This document shows positions 1 to 12,100 of a stretch of DNA of 64,000 nt, piece by piece (position 1 is the stretch's first letter; every line of letters starts with the position of its first letter). Under the pieces are notes generated by a model. That model saw nothing but the letters and a program-made list of their open reading frames with translations, was not told where the DNA came from and did not search any database. The stretch covers positions 124,001 through 188,000 of the forward strand of contig NW_025767626.1 of the NCBI RefSeq assembly GCF_003918875.1. Direction: 5' to 3'. Made by a program: the position numbers and the translations under genes. This DNA is from Haliotis rubra. Lineage: Eukaryota.

Positions 1-2030
1 GTGGCTTTATGGAAGGCTGTGTCCAGATTCTGTGGCACCGGTGAAAGCAATCGGTCGATCGGAGGTAGGGTGATGGCGCCTGCATCGTCCTCCTTCATCA
101 GGTAAGTATGCTCGAATTACCACTCTTGGAAGGTGAAGATAGGTCTAGGTTGTTAACCATCCAATAGCCGTGATCTCAGCCGCCTGAGAAAATGATGCCT
201 CCATCATCTTCTACAACGGGATCGCTGATGAGAGGTTGATGCTCTTCTGATGGTGAGCTATATGCTTCTACCGCTGTACAGGGTGATGTTAAAGGAGACC
301 TGACTTCCGTGAAGACTTGTGTGGTGACCTGCGAGGAGATCGACGTGGTGATCTACGAGGAGATCGGCGAGGTGAATGGCGAGGTGATCGGCATGGAGAA
401 TGGCGAGGCGATCGTCTTGGTGAACGGCCTGACGAGCTGCGTCTAAAGGTTGACTTTCGCGGAGATCTGTGAGGTGAATGTTGATAGCTTCACGAAGCCC
501 TTGTGGAATCCCTGGATGATCTTCTGGACGAAGATGATTTAGAACCTGTTACTGGTGCCCTTCGCGGAAGACCTTCGCTAAGCTTCATCTGCGCGTCCGT
601 CCTGGGGAGCGACGACTTGACCTTCTGCTAAGGCTTTCGGAAGTCTGGGGGTCCGAAGTCAGAGTCCAGGGATGAGGTGATCTTCCTTCTCGAGCCTTTA
701 TGTGAGTGTTGATCATCAGAGTCCAGGTAGGTGATGATCTAGAAGCCCTTCGAAGGCTGTACATCTGGGTCCTTCGTCGAGGTGGTCTGTGACTTCCTTC
801 GCGGAGGTGGCTTAGTCGCGGGCCGCCACGCTGGACGGGGTCCTCTGGTGATGTCGTTTACGTTGGAGCCTTCGCGAAAAGGCTCAGGCTCTGGGCTGGT
901 TGTCTCTCCAGTCTGTAACGGTCCTCCATCATCTTCATGATTTGCCGCATCAGGTCGCCTGGGGACGGTTCAGAAGATGTAGTCGGTGCCCCTCTGGCGA
1001 TGTTAGCGACGGGCCCTCAGGAAGATCGTCCGACATCAGTGTAGACACATCAGGCTGCATGGCGATCTGTGCTGACGTAACTGTTGCCGCAATAATCGGG
1101 TCGTCTCTTGTGGCATAGATCGGGTATGATGATCGGCTGATCATCATACAGGCCCAGTTCAGCAGCGGGAACAATCTCGCTGAGAACGTTCTTGAAGACT
1201 TCGTGAGATTTCCCCTTGGAGGTAGACGCTGCCCTGGGGGTACGGAGTCTGGCGCTGAGTAGATGTCGAGGCCCTCTTAGACTTTGGCTCTTGCGATGGG
1301 ACGGGATGTCTGGGGAAGCAGGACGCTTCTTGGAGACGGCGGACTGAATCCCACGCCTCCTCCGAGGGAAACTCTAGCGGAACACCAGACGGGAGGGGGT
1401 CAGTCCGACAGCAGCTGACTGGCTAGGGTCCCATGTATCGCCATGGCTAAACCTTGTTTATGTGACTCTATCTGCTGCACGCCTCAAGACGCAAAGATGA
1501 TATTTATTAAATGCAGAATTAGATAGATTAATACAGTAACTGCAACGTGAAGAAAACGCACAAGGCGTAGTACAGCTAGGGCATATTAAATGCGGGTCAG
1601 CAGCAGAAAAATGTAATCTACAAATAGTACAGATTCTCATCAACGTAAACTAGCTGAACAATCACGAAATCCCGTGAATAAACAGTAGAAATACGAATAA
1701 TTATCAATACATATTAATGAAGGATACTAGCTACACCTCTATAGTAAACTATAAGAGGTAACTAACTAAGAATAACCAAAGGATATAGTGTGTAGGGAGA
1801 CACAGGCGCTCTCACATCCTGCTCACTGGGCGAAGAAGGAGAGAGTGAAGCATGAGGCCAGAAGGTGGCGCCGCCTTTCCCGCGCAAAGGCAAAGGGAGG
1901 CAACTCGTGGTTAGTACTAATTAGTGATTTTACATTGAAGGGAGCTTCAATTAGGGAGATACAAGTGTTCCACTATGTTCGCAAGAAGAAGAAGACAAGC
2001 AAAAGAGCATGAGTCAGGATAAGGAAAAAT
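1..2030 (-). mobile_element. DIRS-type retrotransposon, 5' part (left ITR plus degenerate gag/ORF1), inside a WBP4 intron; continues beyond the window start
   Basis: The reverse complement of ~1790-2030 (ttttccttatcctgactcatgctcttttgctt...gtggaacacttg...ctccctttgcc...) aligns with the left ITR of the DIRS at 23863. It is followed by a Cys-rich gag start (MRICTICRLHFSAADPHLICPSCTTPC...RCSYC, 1458-1640) homologous to MKSCSVCRHRLSVADPHP*CPSCTKPC...RCTYC in the other copy, then by RS/SP-rich gag sequence with stops. Confidence 0.85.
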
Positions 2031-2194
2031 TGATAGATTTTGTACATTCATCATGGCGGTAAGATAAATATGTTGTAAACTTCTCACTCAGGTAACACGG
2101 TCTGATGTAAGACAGTTTGACCCCCATCAGAGAGAAGCATACAACTTATAGTATACATATCCAGAATGTTAGAGTTAGGGGCATACAGAAACAC

Positions 2195-5100
2195 GTACAG
2201 ACTTCGGTATAGTAACACTGAAAGTATGAGTGATGTACAGACTGTGGTATAGTAACACTGGAAGTATGAGTGATGTACAGACTGTGGTATAGTAACACTG
2301 GAAGTATGAGTGATGTACAGACTGTGGTATAGTAACACTGGAAGTATGAGTGATGTACAGACTGTGGTATAGTAACACTGGAAGTATGAGTGATGTACAG
2401 ACTGTGGTATAGTAACACTGGAAGTATGAGTGATGTACAGACTGTGGTATAGTAACACTGGAAGTATGAGTGATGTACAGACTTCGGTATAGTAACACTG
2501 GAAGTATGAGTGATGTACAGACTGTGGTATAGTAACACTGGAAGTATGAGTGATGTACAGACTGTGGTATAGTAACACTGGAAGTATGAGTGATGTACAG
2601 ACTGTGGTATAGTAACACTGGAAGTATGAGTGATGTACAGACTGTGGTATAGTAACACTGGAAGTATGAGTGATGTACAGACTGTGGTATAGTAACACTG
2701 GAAGTATGAGTGATGTACAGACTGTGGTATAGTAACACTGGAAGTATGAGTGATGTACAGACTGTGGTATAGTAACACTGGAAGTATGAGTGATGTACAG
2801 ACTGGTATAGTAACACTGGAAGTATGAGTGATGGTACAGACTGTGGTATAGTAACACTGGAAGTATGAGTGATGTACAGACTGTGGTATAGTAACACTGG
2901 AAGTATGAGTGATGTACAGACTGTGGTATAGTAACACTGGAAGTATGAGTGATGTACAGACTGTGGTATAGTAACACTGGAAGTGAGTGAGTACAGACTG
3001 TGTACAGACACTGGAAGTATAGTAACAGACTGGAAGTATGAGTGATGTACAGACTGTGGTATAGTAACACTGGAAGTATGAGTGATGTACAGACTGTGGT
3101 ATAGTAACACTGGAAGTATGAGTGATGTACAGACTGTGGTATAGTAACACTGGAAGTATGAGTGATGTACAGACTGTGGTATAGTAACACTGGAAGTATG
3201 AGTGATGTACAGACTGTGGTATAGTAACACTGGAAGTATGAGTGATGTACAGACTGTGGTATAGTAACACTGGAAGTATGAGTGATGTACAGACTGTGGT
3301 ATAGTAACACTGGAAGTATGAGTGATGTACAGACTGTGGTATAGTAACACTGGAAGTATGAGTGATGTACAGACTGTGGTATAGTAACACTGGAAGTATG
3401 AGTGAACAGACTGTGGTATAGTACTGGAAGTATGAGTGATGTACAGACTGTGGTATAGTAACACTGGAAGTATGAGTGATGTACAGACTGTGGTATAGTA
3501 ACACTGGAAGTATGAGTGATGTACAGACTGTGGTATAGTAACACTGGAAGTATGAGTGATGTACAGACTGTGGTATAGTAACACTGGAAGTATGAGTGAT
3601 GTACAGACTGTGGTATAGTAACACTGGAAGTATGAGTGATGTACAGACTGTGGTATAGTAACACTGGAAGTATGAGTGATGTACAGACTGTGGTATAGTA
3701 ACACTGGAAGTATGAGTGATGTACAGACTGTGGTATAGTAACACTGGAAGTATGAGTGATGTACAGACTGTGGTATAGTAACACTGGAAGTATGAGTGAT
3801 GTACAGACTGTGTGGTATAGTAACACTGGAAGTATGAGTGATGTACAGACTGTGGTATAGTAACACTGGAAGTATGAGTGATGTACAGACTGTGGTATAT
3901 AGTAACACTGGAAGTATGAGTGATGTATGAGGACATAGACTGTGGTATAGTAACACTAAAGTAGTAAGAGTGATGTACAGACTGTGGGTATAGTAACACT
4001 GGAAGTATGAGTGATGTACAGAACACTGGTATAGTACAGACAGTAACACTGGAAATGGAGTGATGTACAGACTGTGGTATAGGAGTGGAGTATGAGTGAT
4101 GCAAACGACCGGACAGACAACAGACCAGATGACACTGGTATAGCAACACCGGGGCATGAGTGATGTACAGACTGTGGTGGCCCAGAACACTGAAATGAGT
4201 GGACACAGACCGTGGAGTATGGAGTGATGTACACACCGGAAGTGGAGTGGTACAGACAGTAACACTGGAAGGACACTGGTATAGTAACACCGGAAGTATG
4301 TGATGTACAGATGTATAGTAACACTGGAAGCATGATGGAACAGACCATAGCACCACTGGAAGAACATGACTGTGGTATATAACCTGGAAGTGGTACAGAC
4401 TGTGGTATAGACACCGAAGCATGAGTGAACAGACCAGAAGTATGAGTGATGTACAGACTGGTGGTGCATAGTGAGCATGACCGTACAGACTGGATAGTAA
4501 CACTGGAATGCATGAGTGATGTACAGACCAACATGGAAGGAGCACGAACACAGAGCACACACCGGATGATGTACAGACTGTGGTATGACATGGAGGAGTG
4601 ATGCACAGTACACTGGAAGTAAGGTGGAGTAACACCAGACTGTGGTACATCAGTAACACTGGAAGTATGAGTGATGTACAGACTGTGGTATATAAACACT
4701 GGAAGTATGAGGATGTGGACAGACTGTGGTACAGTAACACTGGAAGTATGAGTGGTACAGACTGTGGTATAACACTGGAAGTATGAGTGAATGTACAGGA
4801 CAGTGTGGGTATGACACAACCACTGGAAGTACAGACCAGCAAGTGGCAGTACAGACTGTGGTAGGAGTAACACAGAAGTATGAGGATGTACAGAGTATGA
4901 GTGATGATGCACAGTAACACTAGAAGCGGCACAGACAATAGTGGAGATGTACAGACAGCTAACTGGGTAGGATGGAGTGGATGTAACACAGAGTGATGGA
5001 CAGTAACACTGCAACATGAGGATCCCACTGGAAGTATGAGTGAGAGACACCTGGAAGTGGACCAGACACAGGAGATGTACAGACTCACACTGGAAGTATG

Positions 5101-6090
5101 AGTGGACAGACTGTGGGAGATGTACACAGACTGGAGTGAGTAACTTGTGGTATAGACCTGGAGTATGAGTGATGTACAGACTGTGGTATACCTGAACCAA
5201 GGACCGTGGTACAGACTAGTATGAGTGATGTACAGACTGTGGTACAGGCCCAGACTGTAAGCACAGGAGTATGGAAGGATGCACAGACAGACTGTGGTGG
5301 AAGTATAGTAACACACTGGAGTGGAGACTGTGGCATAGTAACAGTATGAGGATGGACAGTACAGACTGTGGAAGGAGGATGCACTGACTGTGGAGTGAAG
5401 TATGAGTGATGTACAGACTGTGGTATAGTAACACTGGAAAGGAGTGGACAGACTGGTGGTATAGTAACACTGGAAGGATGAGTGATGTACAGACTGGTAT
5501 AGTAACACTGAAGTATGAGTGATGTACAGACTGTGGTATAAGAACACTGTAGTAACAGAGTGATGTACAGGTGGTATAGTAACACTGGAAGTATGAGTGA
5601 TGTACAGACTGTGGTATAGTAACACTGGAAGAGTATGAGTGATGTACAGACTGGTATAGTAACACTGGAAGTATGAGTGATGTACAGATGGTATAGTAAC
5701 ACTGGAAGTATGAGTGGATGTACAGACTGTGGTATAGTAACACTGGAAGTATGAGTGATGTACAGACTGTGGTATAGTAACACTGGAAGTATGAGTGATG
5801 TACAGACTGTGGTATAGTAACACTGGAAGTATGAGTGATGTACAGACTGTGGTATAGTAACACTGGAAGTATGGAGACTGTGGATGTACACACTGGTATA
5901 GTAACACTGGAAGTATGAGTGATGTACAGACTGTGGTATAGTAACACTGGAAGTATGAGTGATGTACAGACTGGTATAGTAACACTGGAAGTATGAGTGT
6001 CGTACAGACTGGGGTATAGTAACACTGGAAGTATGAGTGTCGTACAGACTGTGGTATAGTAACACTGGAAGTAGGAGTGGAAGTATACTG
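2195..6090. repeat. 40-bp minisatellite (gtatgagtgatgtacagactgtggtatagtaacactggaa), roughly 95 copies, in a WBP4 intron
   Basis: Near-perfect 40-bp periodicity at 2200-3900 and 5550-6070 with a scrambled core at ~3900-5500. The array begins ~30 bp from the donor at 6122. Confidence 0.97.
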
Positions 6091-6122
6091 TCATATCCAG
6101 AAAGTATGATTGAGATACTCAC

Positions 6123-9100
6123 GGCTCAGCCTCCCTGACTGTCTCCCATGTGCCGTAAGCACATCGTGCCCACTTGGGGTCGTCCCTCTTCTTGGGGGGT
6201 GGTTCATCAGCTGGAAGGGGTATGTCTACAGGTAAGGGGTCGTCACTAGTTGGAGAAGGTTTATCGCTAGGCAAGGGGATGCTCTCTACAGGTAGGGGAA
6301 TTGATGAAGGAGTTATATCGTCTGTACTCTCTTCATCATATTTCCTTTTCAGTGAATCATTCTGTTTCTGAAATCAACAAATATATGATTTACCATAACA
6401 ACTTAATAAAAGAGTGACAGAAAACTGTTTAAAACAGTTACAAAGTCAGATTCCTCAGTTTGATACCAGCATAAAACAGCAGTAGACATGAGTATTTTCA
6501 TACAAAACAAAAAGCTTGTCTGCTGCAAAAACCTCTCAGCTGAGAGTTCAAAGCTGCAACTATTAACCACTCTCTACCTCAGTGCCACGATATCATCACA
6601 CAGCATCACATCCTTGTGTTAAAACGGGACAGCGCCGGCCCAGGAGTGTGATAGTTCACAAATGCATCTAGTATGTTATTGGTATTTACTTCACTGACTG
6701 CTTCATCCTGGGTTGTCTCCCCTTCCTCTGTCTGTTCCTGCTCTGCAAGTGTCACAAATGAGTCGGGCGTCTCCCACACAGATTCTGCCAAGACCAGGAG
6801 GATACTAAGTGGTATGCGATCAGGTTATTTAAGTGAACTGCCTGAAGTTTAACCCCACACTGCCTCCCATCATCGAATGTCTCCCCTAGGTTAAAATTCA
6901 AATACATTTGATTCCCCATAACTCGCAGCTTAACCCCATCAATCAACAACTTGACCCCCATATAACCCACCCATGACCCAAAGAACTCACCACTATCACC
7001 AACACTCAACACTCTGTTGAAGCACCAGCCATTTGGTTCAGCCCATAGCTGGCTGCAGAATTGATCGCGGGTGCTTAACCCAGCACTGGCTGGATCAAAA
7101 ATAAAGAACTCTGCCCTAAGGCTGGCCCGTGTCATCTATGGGACTAGCCCGTTTACACCTTCACTCACCCCCTTGCCTTGGCCCTCAGCACTCACCCCCT
7201 TGACCTCATTCACTCACCCCATTGACTACTTTACTTACCCCCTTGCCTTGGCCCTCAGCACTCACCCCCTTGACCCCTTCACTCACCCCACTGACCCCTT
7301 CACTCACCCTCTTGACCCCTTCACTCACCCCTTGGCCCCCTTCACTCACCCCCTTGGCCCCTCTTCACTCACCCCTTGACCCCTTCACTCAACCCCTTGG
7401 GCCCTTCCTCACCCAATTGATCCCCCTTCACTCACCCCTTGACCCCTTCACTCACCCCCTTGATCTCCCCTTCACTCACCCCCTTGGCCCCCTTCACTCA
7501 CCCCTTTGACCCCTTCACTCAACCCCTTGGGGCCTCTTTAGGAGTAGCCAAGTATGTTAAAGCGTTAAACTCATCTCAAGGACCCCTTCCGAATCCCCCA
7601 GATTTACATTGTGTGAAGCTCATTTCTAGTGTCCCCCTTTGATATTGCTGGAATAATGCTAAAAGCGGCGCAGAAACCAAACTCACTCACTCACCAACCC
7701 CTTGGGCCCTTCCCTCACCCAATTGACCCCTTCACTCACCCCTTTGACCCCCTCCCACTTCCAGGTCCCTTCACTACCCCTTGACCCTTCACTCAGCCCT
7801 TGGACCCTTCACTCCCCAATTGGACCCCTTCACTCACCCCCTTGACCCTTCACTCACTTGCCTTGGCCCTCAGCACTCACCCCTTGCCTCCCCTTCCTCA
7901 CCCCTTGACCCCTTCACTTCAGCCTTGGGCCCTTCACTCACCCAATTGACCCCCTTCACTCACCCCTTGACCCCTTCACTCACCCCTTGCCTTGGCCCTC
8001 AGCACTCACCCCCCTTGACCCCTTCACTCACCCCTTGACCTCTTCACTCACCCCCTTGACCCTTCACTCACCCTCTTGATCCCTTCACTCACCCCTTGAC
8101 CCCCTTCACTCACCCCCTTGCCTTGGCCCTCAGCACTCACCCCCTGTGACAGTACTCCAGTAGTATGTGTAGCCCTCAGGAGACTTTGCCTCGAACCACT
8201 CCTTCACATCCACATAATCCGGGAGTCCCTCTTCCTCAGCCCCTTTCGTGTTAACGGGTTCCCCCTTTGTTTTTGTTTTAGAAGCATCTGCAACACAGAT
8301 ATAAGTAGTGTTCATGCACTTGCAATCTGACAACACAATCAATGTTCACACACTATCAATCTAACAACACAAAGCGTGCTCACACACTATCAATCTGACA
8401 ACACAATTCATGTTCACACACCATCAATCTGACAACACAACCAGTGTTTACGTACTATTAATCTGACAACACAACCAGTGTTCACACACTATCAATCCGA
8501 CAACACAACCCATGTCCACACACTATCAATCTGACAACACAACCCGTGTTTACACACTATCAATCTGACAACACAACCCGTGTTCACAGACTATCAACCT
8601 GACAACACAACCCATGTTCACACACTATCAATATGACAACACAACCAGTGTTCACACACTATCAGTCTGACAACATAACCTGTCCTCACACACTAACAAT
8701 ATGACAACACAACTCGTGTTCACACACTATCAATCTGACAACACAATCAATGTTCACACACTATCAACCTGACAACACAATCCATGTTCACGTACTATTA
8801 ATCTGACAACACAACCTGTGTTCACACACTATCAATCTGACAACACAATCCATGTTCACACACTATCTATCTGACAACACAACTCGTGGTTACACACTAT
8901 CAATCTGACAACAGAACCCTTGTTTACACACTATCAATCTGACAACACAATTCATGTTCACACACTATCAATATGACAACACAACCTGTGTTCACACACT
9001 ATCAATCTGACAACACAGTCCATGTTCACACACTATCAACCTTCAGAAAACAGTGTTCATCTCAAACTCACCTTTGGCAGATTTTGCCTTAGCAAAATAT

Positions 9101-12100
9101 TTGGCTGCTAAAGCTGGATCATTCTCTAAATCTTTTCTGAATGCTTCCAGGGCAGCCTGAAATAAAAATAACGTTGAAATGTGGGAGAGGAGCGGTGATG
9201 TTCAGTCCTGTGGGTGGGAGAGGAGTGTTGATGTTCAAATCCTGTGGGTGGGAGAGGAGAGTTTATGTTCAAATCCTGCGGGTGGGAGAGGAGAGTTTAT
9301 GTTCAACTCCTGTGGGTGTGAGAGGAGTGTTGATGTTCAATCCTCTGGGTGGGAGAGGAGGGCTGATGTTCAATCCTCTGGGTGGGAGAGGAGTGTTGAT
9401 GTTCAATCCTCTGGGTGGGAGAGGAGGGCTGATGTTCAATCCTCTGGGTGGGAGAGGAGGGCTGATGTTCAATCCTCTGGGTGGGAGAGGAGAGTTGATG
9501 TTCAGTCCTGTGGGTGGGAGAGGAGTGTTGATGTTCAGTCCTGTGGGTGGGAGAGGAGTGTTGATGTTCAAATCCTGTGGGTGGGAGAGGAGAGTTTATG
9601 TTCAAATCCTGTGGGTGGGAGAGGAGTGTTGATGTTCAGTCCTGTGGGTGGGAGAGGAGTGTTGATGTTCAATCCTCTGGGTGGGAGAGGAGTGTTGATG
9701 TTCAGTCCTGTGGGTGGGAGAGGAGTGTTGATGTTCAAATCCTGTGGGTGGGAGAGGAGAGTTTATGTTCAAATCCTGTGGGTGGGAGAGGAGAGTTTAT
9801 GTTCAACTCCTGTGGGTGTGAGAGGAGTGTTGATGTTCAATCCTCTGGGTGGGAGAGGAGGGCTGATGTTCAATCCTCTGGTTGGGAGAGGAGTGTTGAT
9901 GTTCAATCCTCTGGGTGGGAGAGGAGGGCTGATGTTCAATCCTCTGGGTGGGAGAGGAGGGCTGATGTTCAATCCTCTGGGTGGGAGAGGAGAGTTGATG
10001 TTCAACTCCTGTGGGTGGGAGAGGAGAGTTGATGTTCAACTTCTGTGGGTGGGAGAGGAGAGATGATGTTCAACTCCTGTGGGAGGGAGAGGAGAGCTGA
10101 TGTTCAATCCTGTGGGTGGGAGAGGAGAGTTGATGTTCAACTCCTGTGGGTGTGAGAGGAGTGTTGATATTCAACTCCTATGGGCTGGCTGACTGAGTAT
10201 GGTTTTACGCCGTTTTTAGCAATATTCCAGCAATATCACGGCAGGGGACAACAGAAATGGGCTTCACAAGTTGTACCCATGTGGGGAATAGAACCCGGGC
10301 CTTCGGCGTGACGAGCGAACGCTTTAACCACTAGGCTACACCACCGCCCAACTCCTGTGGGTGGGAGAGGAGTGTTGATGTTCAACTTCTGTGGGTGGGA
10401 GAAGACAGTTGATGTTCAATACTGTGGGTGGGAGAGGAGAGTTGATGTTCAACTCCTGTGTGAGGGAGAGGAGAGCTGATGTTCAATCTTGTGTGTGGAA
10501 GAGGAGAGGTGATGTTCAACTCCTGTGGGTGGGAGAGGAGAGGTGATGTTCAACTCCTGTAGGTGTGAGAAGAGCGTTGATGTTCAACTCCTGTGGGTGG
10601 GAGAGGAGAGGTGATGTTCAGTCCTGTTGGTGGGAGAAGAGTGTTGATGTTCACTCCTGTGGGTGGGAGAGGAGAGCTAATGTTCAACTCCTGTGGGTGG
10701 GAAAAGAGTGTTGATGTTCAATCCTGTGGGTGGGAGAGGAGAGGTGATGTTCAGTCATGTGGGTGGGAGAAGAGTGTTGATGTTCACTCCTGCCGGTGGG
10801 AGAGGAGAGTTGATATTCAACTCCTGTCGGTGGGAGAGGTGATGTTCAGTCCTGTGGGTGTGAGAGGAGAGTTGATGTTCATCTCCTGTGTGGGGGAGAG
10901 GAGTGTTGATGTTCATCTCCTGTGTGGGGGAGAGGAGTGTTGATGTTCATCTCCTGTGTGGGGGAGAGTAGGGTTGATGTTCATCTCCTGTGTGGGGGAG
11001 AGGAGAGTTGATGTTCATCTCCTGTGTGGGGGAGAGGAGAGTTGATGTTCATCTCCTGTGTGGGGGAGAGGAGTGTTGATGTTCAACTCCTGTGTGGGGG
11101 AGAGGAGAGTTGATGTTCAACTCCTGTGGGTGGGAGAGGAGGGTTGATGTTCATCTCCTGTGTGGGGGAGAGTAGGGTCGATGTTCCATTCCTGTAGGTC
11201 TGAATGGAGAGTTGATGTGGGTAGCTGAAGGTCATTTGCAAAAGAAGCTGTCTAAGGCACCAGGCAAGTGATCCAGCGAGCTTGGAGGTGCCGGAATCAA
11301 GCACACCTGTGACCCGGGTGTAAAAACCTTGGAGTCAACTTTGTGTGCAGATTCTATCCATGTTGTCACAACCCTTAGTGTACAGTACACAATGCTGTGC
11401 ACTTACAAGAACCCACGAATCTGTTGGTAAATGACCAGATGGTGGCCACATGAATACATGCAAACACCTAGTTGCGGGTACAGAAACGTGCAGTGAACTT
11501 GGACAAAGTAGTATGACTATGTGTCCCAGGCCACCATGCTGTGAATGGGTACCTTGTAAGGATGAGAAGGCCACATTAACTTGGTGCGCCTAGTGGCTGC
11601 ATGAGGTGTATGATCCCCAGGGAGTTGAGATTGAAAATATGAAGTGCTGTTGAGATTGACGTCCAATGATCGAGGGAAAACAAAGCGCTTTGAGCATGCA
11701 TGTAGATGGGATGGACTATAGAGCTATATAAATACGCATGTAATAATAATAAAAACAAAACAAAAAACCAACCCCAGATATACTAAAAACACCCTTCCTA
11801 AAGCTTACCTTCTCCATCTTCTGTAGATCTGACTCCATTTCCTCTTCTCGCTGGGCCTTCTCGATGCTTTTTTTCTTGACCTAAAAAACATTAATGTGTA
11901 TATTCTTGGAGCTGTCAAAACCAACAAACAAAAGGATATGTTCAAAATTCTGATAACATAATGCATGACTGGAAACTGGATAACCTAGAGATAGTTATCA
12001 AGAGATATATGGAGGCTGTATAATCTAAAAGAAGTCATCACACAATATCTGTATGCCGGAAGACCTAAATGAAGTTGTCAAGTGATATCTGGAGGCTGGA

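Noticed and set aside
3900-5500. Highly scrambled core of the 40-bp array that might hide an insertion or exon
   Set aside because: It is made of shuffled unit fragments flanked by perfect copies, typical of low-quality consensus. No splice-consistent WBP4 exon was found.
2084-6122. Long ORFs (up to 1279 aa) on the minus strand
   Set aside because: They are translations of a stop-free 40-bp minisatellite, open in all three frames, and lie inside a WBP4 intron.
9141-10943. Gly/Arg-rich repetitive ORFs
   Set aside because: Read-through of a minisatellite; intronic and antisense to WBP4.
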